From positions 32,001 to 96,000 of IMG/VR virus record IMGVR_UViG_3300021962_000036: a stretch of 64,000 bases of DNA. One strand, 5' to 3'. The notes beneath the pieces were generated by a model. That model saw only the letters and a list, made by a program, of their open reading frames with translations. It was not told the DNA's origin and ran no database searches. The position numbers and the translations under genes are program-made. Origin of the DNA: a virus. Positions 41,001 to 48,900 of this stretch are shown one piece after another. The number at the start of each line of letters is the position of its first letter. Position 1 is the first letter of the stretch.

Positions 41001-43988
41001 GATATGATAGATGAGTTTAACTCACTATTTGAATTTGATACTAACCAAGCATTCTTTGATAGAATGCAGTTCAATGCAAAATCTAGATATGAATCTGAGC
41101 ATCCAGAACTATGGGAGAAATGGAAAAAAGATAATACTGTTAATAGACCAACTTCTGAGTGGTATGAAGAACTTAGTGCTTTATATGAAGCAAGAGCTGC
41201 TATATTTGGTTCAGATCCACAGATTGCTGACCTTATGCAAAAGCGTAGAGACATACTTTCTCCTTACAAAATTGGTGGAAGAATTAAACCTCAGTATTTA
41301 AGTCAGTCTGAAATTGATTCTTTAAGTGAGATTGATGCAGAAATTGAAAGCATCATTGAACAAAATTCTAAATCTGGAGGCACGCTTACTGCTGATGAGA
41401 AAAAAGCATCAAGAGAAATAACAGATGCTATTAAAAGAATATCATCACTTCAATTGAGTGAATCTTATAATGATACTTTTGAATCAAAAGTAAAATCATT
41501 GTACGCACATCAAAGATCAATCATTGATGCTGAAAATAAACTTGCTACTGCTAGAACAGCAGGAGATAAGAAAGCAATTGAAGATGCAGAAGAAGCATTG
41601 ATTTTTGAGGAAACTCAATATGGAATGCAAGAGGCTGAATTTGAGACATGGTATAACATGCACCATGAAAACAAATATCAAAGTATTCTTAGTGGGTATG
41701 ACATTAGAAATAATAGAGTACCAAAAAACTTTAACTTTGAAAAACTACCTGCTGCAACTGTAAAGGATCAGTACATGGAAACTGTACCTCATCCTAAATA
41801 TAAAATCAAACGCTTAAAAGAATCTTCTAAGAATCCTGAATTCTTGAAGTCACCTGACGGTGTTCCAATGCCAAAAGCAATTAGTAAAAACAAGGATGGC
41901 AATTATATAGTTACTCCTGGTTATGAGAACTCTCCTAACATTAATCCTAAGTATAAAGAGTTAATGAAAGACCAAGAGTTATTTAGTTTTTATAATGACA
42001 CAATGAAAATGTTCTTTGAACTTCAAATGAAAACTGAAGGACGTAAGATTGGTTATCAAGTTCCAGGATTTGCTGCATCAACTGTTGAGAATATTTCTAG
42101 TAAAGGAATGTTAAGTTCTATTGATGCTGAATGGCAAAAGTTTGTTGACAAAAGTGTAAAAGTATATGGTTCACAAGATGCTGTTGAAAATGTATTTGGT
42201 GATCTTGGTTCTAAGATTAGACATAGATTTACAGATCAATTACCTGAAAACTTGCAGTCAAGAGATGCAATTGGATCAATTATAAAGTACACAACAGAAG
42301 CTCATTACAATATTGCAATGCAAAGTGTTGCTCCTCAAGCAGATATGTACATTGAGCATTTAGAGTTTATGGCTGAACAATTACAAAAAAATATTCAGCA
42401 GGATAAACCTATGTTTCTTAGAGATGAAGCAACAGGTAAGGAAGTTAAAGTAGATATGTCTAAGCGTTTAGGTGAACTTAAAAATGTAATTAGCATTCTT
42501 CAGTTTGAACGCAGAAAATTCTTATACGGTCAAACAGAAAGTGGTAATGACTTAAACAGAAAGCTTACCAAAAGAATGAACTCTGTATTTGCTTATACAA
42601 GTTTTATCAGAATTGGTTTTGATGTTGCCAACCAGGCAAAGAACTACATCTCTGGAAACGTGCAAGCATTTATTGCTGCAGGTGGATTAGCAGGTGATAA
42701 GTATACACAAGCTGATTACATGTGGGCTAAATCTAAAGTATATGGATACAATGGATTCTTGCATAACTATTTTGCTGATTGGGGTAAAGTAAGTGATGTT
42801 AGTGATTCTACAATGTTATATCGCTTTTTTAATCCTGCACAAAAAGACTTTTTAAAATATGTTTCTGAAATTACAGGTACAAAAGGGCGTAGACTAAAAG
42901 GTAAAGCGTTGAATGTCCAAGAGTTAGGATACATGTTACAAGATAAAGGTGATACTGAAATTGCAGTTACAGTAATGTATGCTGTCATGAATCACCACAG
43001 ATTTAGAGTTATTGATAGTTTTGACAGCCAAGGTAATCCTGTTTACAAGAAAGATGCTAATGGTGAAGATGTAACAGTACCAGTTCATGAAATCTACATG
43101 AAAGATTCAGAAGGACGTATGGTTAAAAGAAGTGATGTAGAGTACACTCAAGATGATGAAAACAGAATAAGAAACATTATCTATTCTGAAATGAGGCGTG
43201 CTCAGGGTAACTACGCTAAAGCTGACCAAACAAAGTTTGAAGAAAACATGATTGGTAAAATGGTATTCTTCTTTAGAAAATACCTTGTGCCTCAGTTACT
43301 TAATAGATTTGGTTACTTAAGACCAAACTGGGAAGGTTCAGAAGCAGCAATGGGATACTGGAGTGCAGTAGCTACAGCATGGAAAGCATATGGTCCTCAA
43401 GAAGTTGGTAAACATTTATTACTAGGAAGTAAAAGAATGTCTAAAAACAATAAGAATCAGATGGGTAGCTTTTTGACAAGAAAGGTTAACCAGGCAAGAA
43501 GAGATGCAATTGCAATGTTAGTATTGACTGTGTTAGGTATCTTGGCTAAGAGTTATGTTAATAAGAAAGATGATGATGATGAGGAACTAAGTTTCTTAGA
43601 AGGTAACGCCATTAGGGTTCTATGGGGCGTAAAAGGTGAAACTGTATCAATGTTCCCTGTTGGTGGAGGTTCTGAAGAATACATCAGAAACTTTACAACT
43701 GTATCATCTTATACTAGAGAGTTAAATGCTCTTAAGAAGTTTGGTTCACACGCAATTAGTTATGGTATGGCTATGACAATAAATGGTGGTGAGGAGCCAG
43801 ATCCAGATAATGACAGCGAACTTTACCAAGATATCTGGAAAGATGCATTCTATGGACGTAAGTATGGAGCATACCAAAAAGGTGATGCTAAAATAGGAAA
43901 AGACCTTATGGATCTTACAGGTATTAAAAACTTTAGAGATCTAGTCAACCCTAATTACAGAATAGATCAGATGAAAGGCAAGCAGTAA
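38091..43988 (+). CDS. Giant ejection protein with an N-terminal PD-(D/E)xK nuclease-like domain
   Basis: GTFMHEVLE..E..GRLDLMLVD..VFDFKT..QLKVY RecB-family pattern; long coiled coils; hydrophobic segment near the C-terminus. Confidence 0.7.
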   Translation: MNTCPNPNSPEWKELVAKLGEGQAMTAYTLNGNNTPSVEEAEALLSKLKVEEKDEQVSRSSDEFKLQRAVQQRTSLEKLKFQANPKQKATIDQLITMNDNYQEFLRKNIELAKNGQPIIKTVSVSNFIGSSDFNVDPKEYEAFKLFGTFMHEVLELGQLKSLDTGKSIFEIVDEDFFKEAYDNYTKKNPFFIENLDESTMFDMAKRLAMHVSIHNDRGYMILPEITVTGTTRTGTTVIGRLDLMLVDTQGRVSVFDFKTKKVKRLVEYDPIGQPVMNEDLAFVDLAEKSFPVSNKEGTSPAFRGQGRTAYDTWTLQLKVYENILQQSGLEVNAQSIVALMYQTDDNKKFVGATVHVFDEDNYYNYAGSADIPNNNGHWVADPTRGADLIKSLRDVVDKEIPTSDVEEEEKAKKEAKLLEFEPTSKNDETLRNRLKQIVDAELDEIGKQIKELDSNQSNPALREILATRRKTLNDFNAIMSRPQSEEDVKYSVNLALAIESVGVDLETLSRLSDEAIVNFKINKDSYTSKEGAQILEAYKKSKSLDIIVDIIKEIVDDARSNPDNNITVDSEIMKRLSEMESSLARVQSNFAKVAMHNSIQVLKTPGSKVFAEVNADIKEALQAKLISLKKQLENLKAGKANSIFQSIKSSALSFMSKEYKQKLAEKLEKDGNNDTPGLMLEIEKLEKQILTVEAVIDGGLDFDDAALERYISGVTTSTSNLYLGSNTAFNSNSWLQNLMLDKAIASASNSSVEIAAFTMMLKNAEGLARMEIQNNLAVLKFDQKRDSLLKRMSVEQLNERVSEWRKTTSIDKEGNPVEKNILYMTKPFGEEYENTYRSFSATIRQLNKEIYEAKIKYNENIKTAEAQQYKDAYLAKQSEREAENTKYIKWMMDNAHLPFNEKFYELQLGMPHDIKDKLQEKYLEIETITFQVGKGNEVLLEDHDFERLQELEIEIKKLRVEAKKLNPKYADMIDEFNSLFEFDTNQAFFDRMQFNAKSRYESEHPELWEKWKKDNTVNRPTSEWYEELSALYEARAAIFGSDPQIADLMQKRRDILSPYKIGGRIKPQYLSQSEIDSLSEIDAEIESIIEQNSKSGGTLTADEKKASREITDAIKRISSLQLSESYNDTFESKVKSLYAHQRSIIDAENKLATARTAGDKKAIEDAEEALIFEETQYGMQEAEFETWYNMHHENKYQSILSGYDIRNNRVPKNFNFEKLPAATVKDQYMETVPHPKYKIKRLKESSKNPEFLKSPDGVPMPKAISKNKDGNYIVTPGYENSPNINPKYKELMKDQELFSFYNDTMKMFFELQMKTEGRKIGYQVPGFAASTVENISSKGMLSSIDAEWQKFVDKSVKVYGSQDAVENVFGDLGSKIRHRFTDQLPENLQSRDAIGSIIKYTTEAHYNIAMQSVAPQADMYIEHLEFMAEQLQKNIQQDKPMFLRDEATGKEVKVDMSKRLGELKNVISILQFERRKFLYGQTESGNDLNRKLTKRMNSVFAYTSFIRIGFDVANQAKNYISGNVQAFIAAGGLAGDKYTQADYMWAKSKVYGYNGFLHNYFADWGKVSDVSDSTMLYRFFNPAQKDFLKYVSEITGTKGRRLKGKALNVQELGYMLQDKGDTEIAVTVMYAVMNHHRFRVIDSFDSQGNPVYKKDANGEDVTVPVHEIYMKDSEGRMVKRSDVEYTQDDENRIRNIIYSEMRRAQGNYAKADQTKFEENMIGKMVFFFRKYLVPQLLNRFGYLRPNWEGSEAAMGYWSAVATAWKAYGPQEVGKHLLLGSKRMSKNNKNQMGSFLTRKVNQARRDAIAMLVLTVLGILAKSYVNKKDDDDEELSFLEGNAIRVLWGVKGETVSMFPVGGGSEEYIRNFTTVSSYTRELNALKKFGSHAISYGMAMTINGGEEPDPDNDSELYQDIWKDAFYGRKYGAYQKGDAKIGKDLMDLTGIKNFRDLVNPNYRIDQMKGKQ

Positions 43989-44027
43989 TTGAGCAACTGG
44001 TTGCAACATGTGACCAGTTATTCTCAA
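43989..44027 (+). other. Long RNA hairpin after the RNAP block (terminator or processing site)
   Basis: TTGAG-C-AACTGGTTGCA-ACA-TGTGACCAGTT-ATT-CTCAA; no U-tract. Confidence 0.5.
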
Positions 44028-44065
44028 ATTATGGAAGTATTTTATAGATATTTCTGGATTATTTC

Positions 44066-44083
44066 TTATATTATAATAGAGGA
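44066..44083 (+). promoter_or_regulatory. Putative phage promoter motif, copy 3
   Basis: TTATATTATAATAGAGGA in the gap before the tail-fibre cluster. Confidence 0.45.
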
Positions 44084-44151
44084 CACCATTTCTTTAGGAA
44101 TCTCTGTTCTTATACAGATTTGTAACATTTAACATATAAAAATAAAACATT

Positions 44152-45330
44152 ATGGCATCAAAATTCTTAGTGCCTTTACAGCTCCCTGAACTAAATGGTG
44201 CTACCATTGCTAATCCAGGTGCAGGTTTTGTGAAGGCTTACATCTTAAATGGTTGGTTAACCAAGAAAGACAGTGCAGGTACAGTCATTGATTTGGTACT
44301 TGACAGAACATTGACAACTTATTCTGTTGCAGCAACAGCTGCAGCAATTTCATCTGCTGATACTCTTGTAGTAGCATTGGGTAAATTGCAAAAAAGTTTA
44401 AACAGTATCAATCTTACAGGTGATGTTACTGGTTCAGCGTCTTATGTGTCTGGAGCATTAACAATTTCAGCAACAATTGCAGCAAATAGTGTTACTCTTG
44501 GTGCTGATACTACAGGTGATTATGTAGCAGGTGTTGCATCTGGTACAGGTATTACTGTATCTTCTTCTGGTGGTGAAGGTTCAACTCCAAGTGTAGCATT
44601 GAAAAATGCAGCTAACTTGAGTGACAATACTTTACCTATCTGGGATGGTGCTGCAGGTAATTTAAAAAATTCACCTATTCAGTTTAATGGTAGTGATATT
44701 ATTATCAATGCTAACTTTGTAGTAAACGGAACTACCACAACTGTAAATACAGAAACTGTACTTCTTGCTGATAATATTATCACATTAAACAGTAACTATA
44801 CAGGATCAGCTCCTACAGAAAATGCAGGTATTGAAGTAGAACGTGGAACATTAGCAAATGTTTCTTTACGTTGGAATGAAACTACTGATAAGTGGGAACT
44901 GACTTCTGATGGTACAACTTTTTACACAATCACAACTTCACAGGATTCTCCTAATGTTGTTGCGGGTGCTGGTATTACAGTATCAACTGTTGGTAATCAA
45001 GTTACTGTATCACATACAGATACATCATCTGCAGCTACAACATCAAATACTTTAAGTCAAGTTGTACAAAATATTACAGTAGATACTTTTGGTCACGTTA
45101 CTGCAATAGGTACATCAACATTAAAGTATAGTGCATTAGTTGGCGATGGTACAGCAACTACATTTAACATCACTCACAGTAAAGGAGACAACGTTTTGGT
45201 ACAAGTTTATGAAGCTGCATATCCTGCTGAATTAGTTGAGTGTGAAGTTATTGCTACATCTGCAAATGTTGTTCAATTGATATTTGCTTTGCCACCATCA
45301 TTGAATGAATTTAAAGTTGTTATTATCTAA
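44152..45330 (+). CDS. Tail fibre / spike-associated structural protein
   Basis: LTGDVTGS, VTLGADTTGDYVA, ADNIITLN..AGIEVERG and VDTFGHVT fibre modules; C-terminal ITHSKG beta domain. Confidence 0.7.
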   Translation: MASKFLVPLQLPELNGATIANPGAGFVKAYILNGWLTKKDSAGTVIDLVLDRTLTTYSVAATAAAISSADTLVVALGKLQKSLNSINLTGDVTGSASYVSGALTISATIAANSVTLGADTTGDYVAGVASGTGITVSSSGGEGSTPSVALKNAANLSDNTLPIWDGAAGNLKNSPIQFNGSDIIINANFVVNGTTTTVNTETVLLADNIITLNSNYTGSAPTENAGIEVERGTLANVSLRWNETTDKWELTSDGTTFYTITTSQDSPNVVAGAGITVSTVGNQVTVSHTDTSSAATTSNTLSQVVQNITVDTFGHVTAIGTSTLKYSALVGDGTATTFNITHSKGDNVLVQVYEAAYPAELVECEVIATSANVVQLIFALPPSLNEFKVVII

Positions 45331-45374
45331 TTGGATAACAATAAATAATGTCTTAGACATAAAACAATACTTAC

Positions 45375-45944
45375 ATGAGTCGTAGAGTAGAAGCAGATTT
45401 ATTAATAAGAGGAATGCTGTCAGTTCACAATCTCCCTAATTTGGGGATTGTGGCTGACAAATTTTTAGTTTATGACCCTTCCACCAAAGGAGTAAAATTT
45501 AGAACAGCTGTTCAAATGCTTTCTGATCTTGGTGCTGCGTCTTCTAGTATTGGAATTGATCAGGTATTAGCTAACGATAACATCACTAGTTTAAGCTTAA
45601 CTCTTGGTGGACTTGCTGTTAATGGTGCTGTTGCTTTTACATCATTAAGTAATGGTGTATTAAAAGTTGATGTAAATGGTAATGTTTACGCAGATGCATC
45701 ATCAATAGTTGATATTACTGATTATGATTATGACATCATTGGTGTCAGAAATGGAGTTAATTCAGCTTTTCAATTAAGAAACGTGTATGTGCCTGATAGC
45801 ACAAGAGTATACATTAATGGTATTAGACAAACACTTGGTGTAGGATATGATTATGATGAGGCTGGTCCAAACATGATTCAATTTTTTACTCCACCTGCAG
45901 TAGACGATTTGCTAACTGTTGATTACAAAATAACCATACCATAA
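45375..45944 (+). CDS. Tail fibre adaptor / structural protein
   Basis: C-terminal GVRNGVNSAF..VYINGIRQ..DYDE..IQFFTPP..LTVDY domain common in phage tail proteins. Confidence 0.6.
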   Translation: MSRRVEADLLIRGMLSVHNLPNLGIVADKFLVYDPSTKGVKFRTAVQMLSDLGAASSSIGIDQVLANDNITSLSLTLGGLAVNGAVAFTSLSNGVLKVDVNGNVYADASSIVDITDYDYDIIGVRNGVNSAFQLRNVYVPDSTRVYINGIRQTLGVGYDYDEAGPNMIQFFTPPAVDDLLTVDYKITIP

Positions 45945-45967
45945 CAAAAATTATAATTACTTAAGAT

Positions 45968-48900
45968 ATGTCAATAACTCTAGTTAGGAAGTCTCAGATA
46001 AGACCTCTGAACATTATAAGAAGTGATATAAACACTACTACTTCAGGTTCAGCTTTGATTACAAAAGTCATAGCTGGAACAGGATTGACGTTGTCTTCTT
46101 CAACTGGAATTAATTCAGGTACAGGTGATGTAACAATTGCATTAAGTATTGCGTCAGCTTCTGTATTAGGTGGTGTTAAAATAGGTTCAGGATTAAGCAT
46201 TGCTGTTGATGGTACAATTAGTGTAATAAGTACATCTACAACATGGGGTTCTATAACAGGAAATCTCCCTAGTCAACTAGATTTACAAACAGCACTTAAT
46301 GCAAAGTACAATAATCCTACAGGAACAACTTCTCAGTACATTGATGGTACTGGTGCTTACCGCTCATTTCCAACTTTTCTTTCTTCTAACTCAATAAGTC
46401 ATGAAGTAAAAGCAGGTGTAGCAATAAATAAAGGACAAGCAGTTTACGTGACAAGTGCTGATGGAACCAATATGATTGTTGGTTTAGCGTCTAATTCTTC
46501 TGAAGCAACATCTTCTAAAACAATGGGTTTACTAGATGCAACTGTTTCTACAAATGGTTTTGCTAGAGTTGTAACTGAAGGTCTTTTAGCTGGTTTAAAC
46601 ACAAATGGTGCAAATGCTGGAGATCCTGTTTGGTTAGGTACTGGCGGAAACTTAATTTATGGTTTAGCAAACAAACCTTACGCTCCTGCACATTTAGTAT
46701 TTATTGGTATTGTTACAAGAGCAAACTCTAGTAATGGTGAAATCTTTATAAAAGTACAGAATGGCTTTGAGTTTGGCGAATTACATGATTATGTACAAAA
46801 TGGCGTACAAGATAATTTTGTAATATCATATGAAGCATCTACAAGTTTATACAAACCCAAATCAATTGCAACTCTTTTAGGATACACTGCTGCAAACGAT
46901 GCAAACGTAGTTCATAAAACTGGTGCAGAAAGCATTGCAGGTGTTAAAACATTTTCTGATACTACCCAATCAACTTCAGTTTCAAGTGGAGCAGTTGTTG
47001 TTAGTGGAGGTGTTGGCATAACAAAAAATTTATATGTTGGTGGTGACATTAACATTTCAGGTAATTTAACAATTGGTGGTACAAACACAATTATAAATGC
47101 CCAAAACTTATCAGTTTCAGATAACATGATTTATCTGAACAATGGTATTGAAACAACAATTACAAATGTTGTAGCTAATGGCACAACAATAGTATATACA
47201 ACTCAACAAGTTCACAACTATTCTATTGGAATGGTTGTAACAATTTCTGGAGTAACTCCAGCAGGATTTAATTTAAATAACCAAGCAATAACTGCAGTAG
47301 GTACAAATTCATTTACTATTGCAAGTTCTGTTACAGGATCTTATGTTTCTGGTGGTACTGCTAGAGCTAAATCATCAGCAAATCCAGATCTTGGTTTTGC
47401 AGGTGGATACAACGATGGTACTTATGGACATGCTGGTTTATTTAGAGATGCTACAGACAATGTTTGGAAATTTTTTAAAGGATATACTCCTGAACCAGAC
47501 GCATCTCCTTTTATAGATACATCACATGCATCTTTTGCATATGCTGATTTACGTGCTTTTAATATTACAGGTAATTCTTTTGTTAAAGTAGGAGGGACTT
47601 CTTCTCAATTTCTAAAAGCAGATGGTAGTATTGATAGTTCAACTTATGCAACTACATCTCAATTACATAATGCTGTAACTATTGGTACAGCAAATGGCCT
47701 TAGTTTAAGTACTCAAGTGTTATCTTTAGGATTAGCTAGTGGTTCTGCAACTGGAGCTTTAAGTTCTGGAGATTGGACTACTTTTAACAATAAACAGGCA
47801 GCATTAAATGGTACAGGTTTTGTAAAAATATCTGGTACAACAATATCTTATGACAACAGTGTTTATCAATTAGCTAGTACAGCTATAACAACAACTAACA
47901 TTGGAAGTCAATCAGTAAGCTATGCTACCACAGCAGGTAGTGCAACTGTTCTTCAAACAGCAAGAAATATTAATGGTACAAGTTTTAATGGTTCTGCAGA
48001 TATTACAACAGCCAACTGGGGTACAGCAAGAACTATCACAATTGGTGGTACAGGAAAATCTATAAATGGTTCTGCTAACGTGTCATGGACTCTTGCAGAA
48101 ATTCAAGCAGAATATGAAGTTCCTTTGAATACTTTAAGAACTAATCTTGGATCTCCAACTGTTCGCGAAGCTGCCCTTTTTCATGGTCAATTTAATAATA
48201 AATTTAGATTTATAGTTCCAACTTTACAAGAAGAAAGTACAGATGGAACAACTTGGGTAACATCAACAAGAGCCAGTGCATCTGTACTTGGAGATATGAT
48301 GATTGGTGAAGGTCAAGGTACTAGTTTTAATGCAATACCTACTGGTACAGTTGGTACATATGGAGCGTACCGTTTAACTTGGAATGTTGTTGGTTCTACA
48401 GGATATGTATTCTTAAATGCTTTATATATTTATAACTCAACAAATGGTAATAATGTAACCGTTACTATTGAAGCGTTTCATAATACAAATGGTTGGCAAG
48501 TAATCACAGGTCCTCACACAACAAATAACTGGCCTGGTCACTCTTATATTCCACATTCAAATATTCCATATAGTAATAGTGCTGCTCAGTATAGTCAAGT
48601 ACGAGTAACATTTACTACGACTCATAATGCTAACACAAATGCTTTTAATATTAATGGGATTGAATGGTTTGGTGGATATCCTCAAGGTAGAAGAAATGCA
48701 GAGTCTTATGACAGACTAAAGAATGTAACTTTCCCAGCTGCAATTACTGGTACTAATATTATAAAATCAGGTGGAACATCTTCTCAGTTTTTGAAGGCAG
48801 ATGGTTCTGTAGATTCAAGTGCTTATATTACATCTAGTGCATTGACAGGATATGCAACTCAATCATGGGTTACATCTCAAGGATATTTATCAGCTGAAAT

